Below, one piece after another: positions 8,321 to 18,429 of a stretch of 64,000 nt of DNA. The DNA is taken from contig DAHVFB010000001.1 in the NCBI GenBank assembly GCA_027317185.1, forward strand, positions 35,954 through 99,953, read 5' to 3'. Position numbers and translations under genes: made by a program. Source of the DNA: Deltaproteobacteria bacterium. Lineage in GTDB: Bacteria > Desulfobacterota > Binatia > Binatales > Binataceae. The notes beneath the pieces are model-generated. The model was given only the letters and a program-made list of their open reading frames with translations. It was not told where the DNA came from and ran no database searches. Position 1 is the stretch's first letter. Each line of letters opens with the position of its first letter.

Positions 8321-10033
8321 GTGAAACGTGAAATCGTAATCAACGGCTCTGCGATGGAAGTGCGGGTGGCCTTGCTCGAAGACGGGCAGCTCACCGAATT
8401 CTTCCTCGAACGCAACACACGCACCGGTTTGGCCGGCAACATCTATAAGGGCCGGGTGACGCGGGTATTGCCCGGAATGCAGGCGGCCTTCGTCGATATC
8501 GGTCTGGAGAAGGCGGGTTTTCTGCACGTCTCGGACTTCCATGATGATACCGAGGCCTTTGATACGATCGCGCAAGTGGCAGGCGAGGAAATCGAGACCG
8601 AGCCGGTCGAGGATGACGCCGCCTACGACGCCGGGGCCAACCACGAATTTGCCGACTCTGACGATGCTCAGGGAGAGAACGCCGAATATGGCGAGGGCGG
8701 AAATGGCAATGCCGAAGATGGTAATCCCGAAGATGGCGAGGGCGCGAATGGAGATGGGTCAGGCGGCGATCATAGACGCCGCCCTCGCGGCCATCGGCGC
8801 GGCGTCAAACGCAACCGGCTGCCGATCGAGCAGCAGTTACGCCGCAACCAGGAGATAATCGTACAGATCGCGAAGGAGCCGATGGGCACCAAGGGCGCGC
8901 GGCTCACCTCCTCGATCTCGATTCCCGGCCGCCATCTGGTTTACACGCCGACCAACAATCATCTTGGAATTTCGCGCCGTATCGAGAGTGCCGAAGAGCG
9001 CAACCGCCTGCGCACCGCATTGATCGAACTGCGCCCGCCGCAGGGCGGCTTTATCGTTCGCACCGCGTGCGAGGGCGTGAGCAAGCGCGAGATTCAGCGC
9101 GACGTTTCATTCCTGACCAAGCTTTGGAGTTCAATCCTCAAGAAAAGCGAAACCACCGGTCCCGCGACCGTGCTCTACAACGATCTCGACGTGGCGCTGC
9201 GCACCGTGCGCGACCTTTTCTCCAGCGAGGTCGACAAACTGTGGTGCGACGATCCGGCCACCTATCAGCGGATCGTTGAATTCGTGCAGACTTACCTGCC
9301 GCGCCTGCGCTCGCGAATCGCGCGCTATGAAGACGCCGAGCCGATTTTCGATCGCTTCAATCTCGAAGAACAGATCGAACGCGCGCTCGATCGCAAAGTA
9401 TGGCTGAAATCCGGCGGCTACCTGGTCTTCGACCAGGCTGAAGCGCTGACCGCGATCGACGTCAATACCGGCCGCTTCGTCGGCAAAAAAAGCCAGCAGG
9501 AGACCGTGCTCAAGACCAACCTCGAAGCGCTCGACGAGGTGGTTCGGCAACTGCGCCTGCGCAACATCGGCGGGATTATCATCGTCGATTTTATCGATAT
9601 GGTGCGCGAAAGCGATCGTAAGCGAGTCAGCGACGCGTTCTCGCAATCGCTCAAGCGCGACAAGGCGCGCACCTCGGCGCTCAAAATTTCCGAACTCGGC
9701 CTCGTACAGATGACGCGCAAGCGCACGCGCGAAAGCCTCGAGGAGCTGCTTACCACCACCTGCTCCCATTGCCAGGCCCGCGGCGTAGTCAAATCCACCC
9801 CGACGCTGGCGGCCGAGGTGCTGCGCGCGCTCTATCGCGAGGCGGCCCATCGATCGCGCGACGAGATGCTGCTGGTCAGGGTGAGTCCCGATATCGCGCA
9901 CTACCTCTACGATTTCGGCTCGAAAGACCTCGCCACGCTGGAGAATCGTCTGAACGTGAAGATCGTTTTGCGGCCCAAGGACGGGCTGAGTCCCGGCGCT
10001 TTTGAATTGGAACCGGCAACCGCCGCCGCCTGA
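8321..10033 (+). CDS. rng: Ribonuclease G/E family endoribonuclease with an acidic insert
   Basis: S1 domain (GNIYKGRVTRVLPGMQAAFVDIGLEKAGFLHVSD) then the RNase E/G catalytic core (DVNTGRFVGKK...). Internal Asp/Glu/Gly-rich insert. The track starts at TTG 8300. GTG 8321 (VKREIVING) is equally plausible. Confidence 0.8.
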   Translation: MKREIVINGSAMEVRVALLEDGQLTEFFLERNTRTGLAGNIYKGRVTRVLPGMQAAFVDIGLEKAGFLHVSDFHDDTEAFDTIAQVAGEEIETEPVEDDAAYDAGANHEFADSDDAQGENAEYGEGGNGNAEDGNPEDGEGANGDGSGGDHRRRPRGHRRGVKRNRLPIEQQLRRNQEIIVQIAKEPMGTKGARLTSSISIPGRHLVYTPTNNHLGISRRIESAEERNRLRTALIELRPPQGGFIVRTACEGVSKREIQRDVSFLTKLWSSILKKSETTGPATVLYNDLDVALRTVRDLFSSEVDKLWCDDPATYQRIVEFVQTYLPRLRSRIARYEDAEPIFDRFNLEEQIERALDRKVWLKSGGYLVFDQAEALTAIDVNTGRFVGKKSQQETVLKTNLEALDEVVRQLRLRNIGGIIIVDFIDMVRESDRKRVSDAFSQSLKRDKARTSALKISELGLVQMTRKRTRESLEELLTTTCSHCQARGVVKSTPTLAAEVLRALYREAAHRSRDEMLLVRVSPDIAHYLYDFGSKDLATLENRLNVKIVLRPKDGLSPGAFELEPATAAA

Positions 10034-10070
10034 TTTTTCATGCCTGTGCGCCGATCGATTCCGATCGAAT

Positions 10071-11285
10071 TCAGCGCAAGTCGTTCAGCAGCAACCCCGT
10101 CAGATATTCGCCTTCGACATGGCCGAGCAGCACCGGATGGTCAGCACCGGGGCCGAGCCGCGCCAGCCGTCTGAGTTGCGCTCCGGCCCGCGACTGCGCC
10201 ATCCGCATTGCGCGCACGAAATCTTCGCCGCTTAGATGAGTTGAGCAACTGAAGGTCATCAGATAGCCGCCGGGGGCCAGCGCGCGCATCGCGGCGGCAT
10301 TCAACTCGACATACAAACGGCCGGCGTGCGCGGCCTGCTCGCGGGAACGGGCCAGCGGCGGCGGATCGAGCACGATCAGGTCGAATTGTTTGCCGCTTGA
10401 GCTCAGGTATTTACCCGCATCCTCATGCACTAACTCGATTCGTCCGTTCGGGATTTCATTGAGATCGGCATTGCGCCGCGCCCATTCCAGCGCCCGCGCC
10501 GACGTATCGACCGCGACCGTCTCGCGCGCGCCGCCTTTCGCTGCGGCGATCGCGAAGCTGCCCGAGTAGCAACATAGATCGAGCACGCGCGCATCGGCCG
10601 CGAGATCCATTATGCGGCGGCGGTTTTCGCGCTGATCTAGAAAGTAGCCGGTCTTTTGGCCGTGCTCGAAGTCCACCTCGATCCGGACTCCGTTCTCGCT
10701 CACGATCGCCGGACCGGGCGCATCGCCAGTCACGATTCCGCTGCGATCCGCCAGCCCTTCCTGCCGGCGGACCGCGCCCTGGCTGCGCTCGATTATCGCG
10801 CGCGGCCGGATCAGATGCTTGAGCGCAGCGATAATCGCCTCGCGCATGCGATCCATCCCGGCGCTCAGAAGCTGGATCACAAGCACTTCGTGGTAGCGAT
10901 CGACCACCAGCCCGGACAGCCCATCGCCATCGCCGTTGACCAGCCGGTAGCAATTGGTGTCGCCGCCGATCGTTCGCTGGCGCATACGGAGCGCGCGCTC
11001 GATACGTCCGGCGATAACGCGATCGAGATCGTCGCTGTCCGCACTCTCAGCGCCATTGCGCCATAGCAGCATCCGCACCGCGATGGTGGTGTTCGGATTA
11101 AAATGGCCAACTCCGATCGCCGCGCCGCTGGCGTCGAGAACTTCGACCGCGGCGCCGATTGGCAGGCCGGACGGTTCGCGACGCTCGATCGCCTGCGAAA
11201 ATATCCACGGGTTTCCGCCCCTTACCGGGCCGTCCTTGCCGCGACGGAGAAAAATCCTTCCTGTTGTCTGATTAAGCGAGGTCAT
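10071..11285 (-). CDS. rlmI: Class I SAM-dependent 23S rRNA (m5C) methyltransferase, RlmI/RlmK-like (PUA plus MTase)
   Basis: 404 aa. N-terminal PUA-like region, SAM-binding motif LDLCCYSGSF, and catalytic PC-like region DLIVLDPP. Confidence 0.7.
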   Translation of the reverse strand: MTSLNQTTGRIFLRRGKDGPVRGGNPWIFSQAIERREPSGLPIGAAVEVLDASGAAIGVGHFNPNTTIAVRMLLWRNGAESADSDDLDRVIAGRIERALRMRQRTIGGDTNCYRLVNGDGDGLSGLVVDRYHEVLVIQLLSAGMDRMREAIIAALKHLIRPRAIIERSQGAVRRQEGLADRSGIVTGDAPGPAIVSENGVRIEVDFEHGQKTGYFLDQRENRRRIMDLAADARVLDLCCYSGSFAIAAAKGGARETVAVDTSARALEWARRNADLNEIPNGRIELVHEDAGKYLSSSGKQFDLIVLDPPPLARSREQAAHAGRLYVELNAAAMRALAPGGYLMTFSCSTHLSGEDFVRAMRMAQSRAGAQLRRLARLGPGADHPVLLGHVEGEYLTGLLLNDLR

Positions 11286-11342
11286 AATTCGTTTTCATAG
11301 ATTGCACTGCGGCGCGAGCTTGGCAAAGCTGATGGTGCCGCG

Positions 11343-12149
11343 ATGTCCGAACTGAAGAAAATCCAGCAGTTGATCTATGCCCTTGTCGCGCGACCAACGA
11401 CGATCGCCGGCGCCAACGATTTCGGCCCCGGCGCCATTGACTCCGTAATCGCTGGCGATGAAAAACTGCGGGCCGCCAGGCGCATCCAGATCTACGCCGA
11501 TGCTTACTTTGCCCGGCTGCTCGGAATTATGAAAGAAGATTTCCCGGCGGTGCTGAAACTGGCCGGCGAGAGAACTTTCACGAAATGGATAGACGATTAC
11601 CTGATGGAGCATGCGCCCGCCGATCCCTCGATTTTTCCGCTCGGGCGCAACTTCGCCGGTTTTCTCGCTGATCGTTGCGATATCGACGACACCGCTGAGT
11701 ATCCTTTTATCGCCGAACTGGCGGCGCTCGAACGCGCGACTATCGAGGTCTTTCACGGGCCCGAAGCCGAGACGCTCACGGCCGCCGCGATGCGCTCCAT
11801 ACCGGCCGCACAATGGGCCGCGATCGAGCTGCGTACCCATCCGGCTTTGCAGATGCTCGATTGCCGATGGGCGGTGGACGAACTGCTGCGGATGATCACG
11901 AACGCCGAGCCGTGGCATCAACCGGATTTCCGCCCGATCGGTCTCGTGGTATGGCGCGAGCAATCGCAGGTCTATTATCGGCGGCTCGAGCCCGGCGAAC
12001 GCAGTGGGCTCGAAATCGCAAGGCATGGCGCGACTTTCGCTACCCTATGCGAAGCGGCGAGCGCGGAAATCGAAGGCGACGCGGTGGCCGCAATCAACCG
12101 GATGCTCGCGCGATGGCTGGCCGACGGATTGATAGTGAAAACCAGCTAA
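11343..12149 (+). CDS. Hypothetical protein (possibly DUF2063-like putative DNA-binding protein)
   Basis: 268-aa ORF with good coding texture. No motif recognised with certainty. Confidence 0.35.
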   Translation: MSELKKIQQLIYALVARPTTIAGANDFGPGAIDSVIAGDEKLRAARRIQIYADAYFARLLGIMKEDFPAVLKLAGERTFTKWIDDYLMEHAPADPSIFPLGRNFAGFLADRCDIDDTAEYPFIAELAALERATIEVFHGPEAETLTAAAMRSIPAAQWAAIELRTHPALQMLDCRWAVDELLRMITNAEPWHQPDFRPIGLVVWREQSQVYYRRLEPGERSGLEIARHGATFATLCEAASAEIEGDAVAAINRMLARWLADGLIVKTS

Positions 12150-12709
12150 GACCGGCTTGCCGGATTCGGCCACGGACGCTCGTGATCGCGCAAATATACG
12201 CCGCTGCGGCCGCCGCTTTTGCTGATCAACCGGACCGCATCGATCGTCATGCCACGGTCGATCGCCTTCGCCATGTCGTAGATTGCGAGCGCCGCCGCGC
12301 TGACCGCCACCATCGCTTCCATCTCGACTCCAGTACGGGCGATCGTGACTGCGCGGGCCTGAATCTCAATCGCGGCCGGCTGTTCAGCGGGCCGGAAGTC
12401 GACCTCGACCAGTTCGAGCGGTAGCTGATGGCATAGCGGAATCAATTCGTGGGTGCGCTTGGCCGCCATGATGCCTGCCACTCGCGCCACCGCGAGCGCT
12501 TCGCCTTTTTTGAGCTGGCCGCCGATGATTGCTTTGAGGGTCGCCGATTGCATCGCGATTCGTCCGCGCGCGACCGCCTCGCGCCGCGTTATCGGTTTAG
12601 CGCCGACATCGACCATCCTGACGCGCCCTTGATCGTCGAGATGGGTAAGTTTCGGCACGCCGCGCGACGCTCTGCCGGAACTGCGTGAATTTGATTTTCC
12701 CGAGGCCAT
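12146..12709 (-). CDS. moaC: Cyclic pyranopterin monophosphate synthase MoaC
   Basis: Strong match to MoaC (MVDVGAKP...[11 protein letters not shown]...TGVEMEAM...IYDMAKA...SGGRSG). Start moved to ATG 12709 (GGGAG SD). The track's longer N-terminus is translated from a repeat element. Confidence 0.85.
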   Translation of the reverse strand: MASGKSNSRSSGRASRGVPKLTHLDDQGRVRMVDVGAKPITRREAVARGRIAMQSATLKAIIGGQLKKGEALAVARVAGIMAAKRTHELIPLCHQLPLELVEVDFRPAEQPAAIEIQARAVTIARTGVEMEAMVAVSAAALAIYDMAKAIDRGMTIDAVRLISKSGGRSGVYLRDHERPWPNPASRS

Positions 12710-12734
12710 CGGAACTCCCAGGGAAGCTCTGCAT

Positions 12735-12835
12735 CCCATGCTGTCATTCTGAGGGCAGCGAAGAACCCCGGGATTCTTCACGTCACGGACTCGGTTCAGA
12801 ATGACAACCCGGCATGTGCAGGGATTCCCTGCCGC
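12735..12835. repeat. Structured inverted-repeat element in the moaC 5' leader (TGTCATTCTGA ... TCAGAATGACA with nested GAAGAA/TTCTTC and GCAGGGA/TCCCTGC palindromes)
   Basis: 11-bp perfect inverted repeat at 12741-12751 / 12794-12804 with nested palindromes. Translates to the [18 protein letters not shown]-type pseudo-peptide typical of dispersed hairpin repeats. Partial copy (cgtcattctgaatc) at 17632. Confidence 0.45.
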
Positions 12836-12919
12836 AGTTTATGCGGCGCTGCTCGCGCTATACAATGAGAACAATAACCATTTTACTCCGGCAAGCTATT
12901 CAATTATCGAGTTTCAAAT

Positions 12920-13861
12920 ATGACAGAAGAGATTTATCGCCTTGCGATTCTTGGCTCCGGCCCCGCGGGACTGACCGCGGCCCTCTATAGCGCGCGCGCG
13001 AACCTCGCGCCGGTCCTGATTGAAGGAGGCGAACCGGGCGGACAGCTCACGATTACGACCGAGGTCGAGAATTATCCCGGCTTCGAGCATGGCATCCAGG
13101 GTCCGGAAATGATGGAGGTGTTTCGGCGTCAGGCGGCGCGTTTCGGAACCAAATTCATCACCGGAGTCGCAACCGCGGCGGCCTTGAAAAAGCGGCCGAT
13201 CGAAATAACGCTCGACGAGGGCAAGGTGTTGCGCACCCATGCGCTGATCATTTCAACCGGCGCTTCCGCCAAGCTGCTTGGATTGCCGGCCGAGAAACAT
13301 CTGATGGGCTATGGCGTGAGCGCCTGCGCCACCTGCGATGGCGCGTTTTTCAAAGATCGCAACGTGATCGTGGTTGGCGGCGGCGACACCGCGATGGAAG
13401 AAGCGCTGTTTCTCACGCGCTTTTCGCCGAAGGTCAGCGTAGTGCATCGGCGTGACCAGCTTCGCGCCTCGAAGATTATGCAGGAACGCGCGCGCGCTAA
13501 TCCCCGGATCGGCTTTGTCTGGAATTCCGCGGTCGAAGATATCCATGGCGATCAGAAAGGCGGCGTGGTGGCCGTGACCTTGCGTAACCTCGAGACCGGC
13601 GAGTCGAGCCGGATGCCGACCGACGCGGTTTTCGTCGCCATCGGCCATCAACCAAACACCGGTATCTTCCGCGGCCAGCTTGAGATGGACGAACTCGACT
13701 ATCTAAAGGTGAAACCGGGCTCGACCTTCACCAATATCGATGGTGTCTTCGCGGCGGGTGATGTCGCGGATCGAGTCTATCGACAGGCGGTGACGGCGGC
13801 GGGCACCGGCTGCATGGCGGCGTTGGACGCCGAGCGATGGCTGGAAGCGCATCATCTCTAA
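12920..13861 (+). CDS. trxB: Thioredoxin-disulfide reductase
   Basis: 313 aa. FAD motif GSGPAG, redox-active CATCDG, NADPH motif GGGDTA. Confidence 0.92.
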   Translation: MTEEIYRLAILGSGPAGLTAALYSARANLAPVLIEGGEPGGQLTITTEVENYPGFEHGIQGPEMMEVFRRQAARFGTKFITGVATAAALKKRPIEITLDEGKVLRTHALIISTGASAKLLGLPAEKHLMGYGVSACATCDGAFFKDRNVIVVGGGDTAMEEALFLTRFSPKVSVVHRRDQLRASKIMQERARANPRIGFVWNSAVEDIHGDQKGGVVAVTLRNLETGESSRMPTDAVFVAIGHQPNTGIFRGQLEMDELDYLKVKPGSTFTNIDGVFAAGDVADRVYRQAVTAAGTGCMAALDAERWLEAHHL

Positions 13862-13896
13862 GTCGGCGATCGGCTTAAATCAGCGGCCTCCGCGAA

Positions 13897-14970
13897 CTAG
13901 ACCAGCCTGACCGGATAAGCGCCGGCGGTTTCGACGCGGCCGACGATCGCGGCCTCGACAATCCCCGCCGCCTGCAGGTCGGAGAGCAGCGCGAGCGAAT
14001 CCTTTTGCGGCAATGCGATCAACAGTCCACCCGAAGTCTGCGGGTCGAATGCGATCTCGACCATCGCGTCAATCACTTCTTCTGCTATAGCGAGGCGCGG
14101 GCCAAAGAATTCGCGATTGCGCTTGCCGCCGCCGGGGATCATCCCGGCGCTGATCGCATCGAGCGCGCCCGGCAGCAGGGGCAGATCCGATTCCTCGATC
14201 GCCAGCGTGACACCGCTGCCCTCCGCCATCTGCATCGCATGTCCAATCAGGCTGAAGCCGGTGATGTCGGTGGCGGCATGAACCGCATAACGGAGCATCG
14301 CGGCGGCCGCGTCGGAATTGAGCGCCGCCATGATTGCGACCGCGGTGGCATAGTGATCTTCGGGTAGCCGATCGCGCTTGAACGCGGTCATCAGGACGCC
14401 GGTGCCGAGTGGCTTGGTGAGGATCAGTGCATCGCCCGGCTGCGCACCGACATTACGCACGATGCGCCGCGGATCGATCACACCGGTCACCGCCATGCCG
14501 TATTTAACTTCCTCGTCCGCCACGCTGTGCCCGCCCACGATCATGGCGCCAGCCTCGCGCACCTTTTCGGCGCCGCCGCGCAGAATTTCGCCCAGCATCT
14601 CGGCCGGCAAACCGGTTTGCGGCCAGCAAACGATATTGAGCGCGGTCAGTGGCCGCCCGCCCATCGCGTATACATCGGACAGCGCGTTGGCGGCGGAAAT
14701 TTGACCGTAGGTGAATGGATCGTCAACCACCGGCGTAAAAAAATCGACGGTGTTGACGATTGCGAGGTGATCGGAAAGACGATACACACCGGCGTCGTCG
14801 CCCGTTCCGATTCCCACCAGGAGATCGGGATGGCTACCAAGATCGAGCTGCCCGAGCACTGCTTTGAGGTCCGCCGGACCCAGCTTGCCGGCTCAGCCGG
14901 CCGCTTTACAGCGCGCCGTGAGCCGAATCAGATCTTCACGCCCGGCGTTATTGTCCTTCGCCTTCATCAT
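13897..14970 (-). CDS. selD: Selenide, water dikinase SelD, predicted selenoprotein (in-frame UGA = Sec at 14893-14895)
   Basis: Track ORFs 13897..14859 and 14893..15108 are the same frame separated only by TGA. Joined reading MMKAKDNNAGREDLIRLTARCKAAG-U-AGKLGPADLKAVL matches the SelD active-site region (H. influenzae [22 protein letters not shown]). GC hairpin GGUCC-GGC-GGACC starts 12 nt after the UGA. selB is adjacent. Confidence 0.8.
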
Positions 14971-15019
14971 GACCTTGCCGCGATGACTTATCGGATTGTG
15001 GCACGCGGCGCATTTTATT

Positions 15020-16951
15020 TCAGCCCTGATGCGAGCGCAGCCGGCGCGCATCGCCAACCCGCGTGGTGACGCCGGTATGATCGAAAAAATCCAGCAGGGC
15101 AATCGCAAATTTACGCGACGCGCCGAGCAAATCGCGATAGCCGGCGGCGGTAATTTCAGGGTTGCCGTTAAGATATTTAAGCAGCCGGGCGCGGGCGTCC
15201 TCGAGGCGTGGACGATCGAAATAGAGGTCGGTCGCGATCTTGACCACTTTCCCTTCGCGCTCGAGCGCGGCCAGCAGGGTCCGCAGGCGTCCGGTCTCCG
15301 AGGCCGGAAGCTTAAGCTCTTCCGCCAACTGCTTGAGTTCCGGCGGATGGAATCCCGCCGCCGCCAGCACCTGTTCGATTCGCGCGCCGACGCGGCTGTC
15401 GTCGCCGCCGAGCTTCACCCGGTGCGACTTGAGCCGCAGGAGGTTGTCCTCCCGAACCAGGTCCGATTCGCGTCCCAGCCGATCGATCACCGCGCGGAAA
15501 TTTCGCGCGGCGATCTCGTATGGAAGCTGTGCGCGCATCGCTTCCATCTCCATGCCCGGCGAAAGCGGCTCCGCCTGATGATGGGCCGCGATCGCGCCAA
15601 GCGCGGATTTTTTCAGCTCCTCCCATTTGGTCCGGGTAGTGAAGCCTTCTTCGTCGCCGAGCGAAAGTTTAATGAAACGGGTGTCGCGCAGCGCTTCCTC
15701 GACCTCGGCCACGGGGGCGTTGAGCATCAGCGCGGTATGTAATCTGGTGACCGCGAAACTATCCTGCAGATTGAGCAGGGCCTCGATCGCAAGCGGACCG
15801 CTGCGATCGCGAATCGCCAGCAGCCGTTCGCGGTAGAGTTCGACCGGTTTGCGCGAGCGGCGGCCCAATGGATTCAGCACGCGCCCGCCGCCCAGCGTCC
15901 GCCGGCTGGTTTCGTCGCGGACCACGAATTTATCGCCGGTCAGAGCCACCACCGGATCGTTGAGCACCAACTGGACCAAGCCACCGCTTTTGACCGGAAT
16001 CTGCCCCGCGGATTCGATTACGATCGCGCGCGCCATAGTCTCACTGGTGCCGATATAAAATCGCAAGCGCTGGTTATTGCGAATCGCGTGTTTCGCGGCC
16101 GGGCGCACCTCCAGCCACGCATCGAGGCGGGAGGTCACGATCTCGAGCCGCTCATCGGCCAGCACGTCGCCGCGTTTAAGTTCAATTCGCTCCGCGCCGG
16201 AGAGATTCAGCGCCACCCGCTGGCACAGTCCCGCACTCTCAACCGGCTCCGAATGCACCTGAATTGCGCGGACGCGGACCTCGCCGCCGCCGGGCAGGAC
16301 GCGCAGCTTCTGTCCCAGCTTGACCGAGGCGCCCATCGCGGTGCCGGTCACCACGGTGCCATGGCCCTTGATCACGAACGCACGATCCAATGGCAGGCGA
16401 AACAATCCGGTGGCGCGGCGCGACTCGAAACCATCGAGCTGGCGCGAGATTTCGGCTTTGAGCTGATCGATCCCGGCCCCGGTCAGCGAGGAAACCGGAA
16501 TCACTGGGGCATCGGCCAGCGCAGTGCCGTCGGTCAAAAGGCCGATTTCCTCACGTACCTCGTCGAGCCGCCGGGCATCGGCCAGATCGGACTTGGTGAT
16601 CACGAAGATGCCACGACCGGCGCCGAGCAGATGCAAAATATCGAGATGCTCTTCGCTCTGCGGCATCACGCCGTCGTCGGCGGCCACCGTAAACAACACC
16701 AGATCGATTCCATGCGCACCCGCCAGCATATTGCGGATGAAGCGCTCGTGGCCGGGGACATCGACGATACCGGCCCGCATGCCATCGGGCAGCGTAAAGT
16801 AGGCGAAGCCCAGATCGATCGAGATCCCGCGTTCCTTCTCTTCCTTGAGACGATCGGTTTCCTGACCGGTAAGCGCCCGCACCAGGGCGGTCTTGCCGTG
16901 GTCGATATGTCCTGCGGTGCCGATTATCGCATGGGCTACTGAAGAGGCCAT
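15020..16951 (-). CDS. selB: Selenocysteine-specific elongation factor SelB
   Basis: 643 aa. GTPase domain (GHIDHGKT, DVPGHERF, TKSD) plus long C-terminal winged-helix extension typical of SelB. Confidence 0.85.
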   Translation of the reverse strand: MASSVAHAIIGTAGHIDHGKTALVRALTGQETDRLKEEKERGISIDLGFAYFTLPDGMRAGIVDVPGHERFIRNMLAGAHGIDLVLFTVAADDGVMPQSEEHLDILHLLGAGRGIFVITKSDLADARRLDEVREEIGLLTDGTALADAPVIPVSSLTGAGIDQLKAEISRQLDGFESRRATGLFRLPLDRAFVIKGHGTVVTGTAMGASVKLGQKLRVLPGGGEVRVRAIQVHSEPVESAGLCQRVALNLSGAERIELKRGDVLADERLEIVTSRLDAWLEVRPAAKHAIRNNQRLRFYIGTSETMARAIVIESAGQIPVKSGGLVQLVLNDPVVALTGDKFVVRDETSRRTLGGGRVLNPLGRRSRKPVELYRERLLAIRDRSGPLAIEALLNLQDSFAVTRLHTALMLNAPVAEVEEALRDTRFIKLSLGDEEGFTTRTKWEELKKSALGAIAAHHQAEPLSPGMEMEAMRAQLPYEIAARNFRAVIDRLGRESDLVREDNLLRLKSHRVKLGGDDSRVGARIEQVLAAAGFHPPELKQLAEELKLPASETGRLRTLLAALEREGKVVKIATDLYFDRPRLEDARARLLKYLNGNPEITAAGYRDLLGASRKFAIALLDFFDHTGVTTRVGDARRLRSHQG

Positions 16952-17006
16952 CGATTAGAAACATAACCCGAACCGCACGGCTGGGCCATGCGCACGGCGG
17001 CGAGGA

Positions 17007-17549
17007 TCAATAATTGCGCCCGACCTCGAAGCGGCCCTGCTCCTCAAAGCCGCCGCCCTGGTAGCAGGAATAGCCGCCTCTGATCAGGTTGGCCGCGACT
17101 GGGGAGCCGTTGAACAGGCAACTCGATCCATCCGGCATCCCGATCCGCAGAAACAGCTTTCCGTTCTTCAGCGAGCCGCCAAAGATTGTGCCGCTGTCGT
17201 TCTGGTTGCGGCAATCGGTATTGCCGGTGGAACATTTGTAGAAGCCGGTGATCTTCTCATGGTCCTGAACCATGGTAATCGCGATTTGATTGATCGCATT
17301 GCAGCGGGTATCAATCGAAAACGGGCCCGCCAGGCAGGTCGCCACCGATTTGCCCTCCCAGATGCCGCTGGCGTTAAAACCATGCCCCGCAGCCGACCCG
17401 ACCTGCGACTGCGATCCCGAAGCTGGCATCGCGGATGGTGCGGCCGCCGTGGCTGACGAACATGCATAGCCGGCCAGCGCCAGCACGACCATCGCCAGGT
17501 TAACTCCGCGCATGGTCACTAATTCAAAAAATCCTGTTGTTCGGTTCAA
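17007..17549 (-). CDS. Secreted Cys-rich hypothetical protein
   Basis: 180 aa. N-terminal signal peptide (VVLALAGYACSS), 8 Cys in the mature part. No recognised domain. Confidence 0.45.
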   Translation of the reverse strand: MNRTTGFFELVTMRGVNLAMVVLALAGYACSSATAAAPSAMPASGSQSQVGSAAGHGFNASGIWEGKSVATCLAGPFSIDTRCNAINQIAITMVQDHEKITGFYKCSTGNTDCRNQNDSGTIFGGSLKNGKLFLRIGMPDGSSCLFNGSPVAANLIRGGYSCYQGGGFEEQGRFEVGRNY

Positions 17550-17709
17550 AATGGGTATCCGCCAAGTGTTGTGGCTGCCGGTCCCTTCACCGGCATCGCT
17601 CTATCGGCCTCGCTCAGATAACACATCGTTGCTCGTCATTCTGAATCTATGAATCGCGCTATGCGATGGTCAAGCCGGGGAAATCTAGCGAAACGGACGG
17701 AGGATTTGA

Positions 17710-18375
17710 CTACATTGCCCCGGCAGCCCAAACTACACGGCCGGCGATCTTCACCAGCCCGGCGGAAACCGTGACCGCAGAATAGGCAGGGTTGTCACTG
17801 CGAATCCCCAGCGCCGTCCCACCGCGCTCACGCTGCACGCGCTTTACCACCAAATCGCTGCCGTCGAGCAACACGTACAAGCCGTCAACCACGGCCCGAG
17901 TCTGCCGCAAATCGGCCAGCACCAGGTCGCCCTCCGCCAGCGTCGGCGTCATCGAATCGCCAATCACGTCAAGCAACATCAAGCACTTGGGATCGATCGC
18001 CAACCGGCCTCGCAGCCAGTGGGATCGAAAGGCGAGCACGTCGGTAATCTGCGAACTGCGCAGGCGCGATCGGCCACGTGAGCCGGTTCGAACTTCGCTG
18101 CTCGATAAAAATGTAAAATCGTCGTAAGCGGCTCCTTGCGATCCAAGGTTATTGACCAGTTCCCGGCCGGTTGCGAGCCACTCGACCGACACTCCGGCGG
18201 CGCGCGCAAGCGCCACCAGGCTCGCGAGATTCGGTTGCCCTCGTCCCGCGATCCATTTGTAGACCGCGTTATCGGACACCCCGATCGTTCGCGCCAGTTC
18301 GGCCACGCCCACAAACTGCCGCACGATCGTTTTCAGCCGATCACTAAACAGTCCCTCTTCTACTATGGTTGACAT
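17710..18375 (-). CDS. Phage CI/LexA-like repressor (HTH_XRE plus S24 peptidase)
   Basis: 221 aa. N-terminal HTH (LARTIGVSDNAVYKWIAGRGQP). C-terminal S24 with Ser (GDSMTPTL) and Lys (VVKRV) dyad. Confidence 0.75.
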   Translation of the reverse strand: MSTIVEEGLFSDRLKTIVRQFVGVAELARTIGVSDNAVYKWIAGRGQPNLASLVALARAAGVSVEWLATGRELVNNLGSQGAAYDDFTFLSSSEVRTGSRGRSRLRSSQITDVLAFRSHWLRGRLAIDPKCLMLLDVIGDSMTPTLAEGDLVLADLRQTRAVVDGLYVLLDGSDLVVKRVQRERGGTALGIRSDNPAYSAVTVSAGLVKIAGRVVWAAGAM

Positions 18376-18400
18376 ATTGTTATCAAAATCTTGACAAGCT

Positions 18401-18429
18401 GTCGGTCTTTGTGAGATATGAACAGGTCC
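18401..18429 (+). promoter_or_regulatory. Candidate sigma70 early promoter divergent from the repressor gene (TTGACA-17-GAGATAT)
   Basis: ttgacaagctgtcggtctttgtgagatat, 26 bp beyond the repressor start. Tandem second TTGACA at 18370. Confidence 0.25.

Noticed and set aside
12710-12781. N-terminal 24 codons of track ORF 12146..12781 (MoaC extension)
   Set aside because: Translated from the hairpin repeat. MoaC homology starts near ATG 12709, which has a good SD.
12721-12900. Molybdenum cofactor riboswitch upstream of moaC
   Set aside because: The position is suggestive, but the sequence is a generic palindromic repeat and no conserved Moco-motif features could be recognised by eye. Left as a hypothesis only.
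14893-15108. Track ORF 14893..15108 as an independent 71-aa gene
   Set aside because: It is the N-terminal part of selD, separated from the main ORF only by the Sec UGA. The portion upstream of ATG 14970 is probably untranslated.
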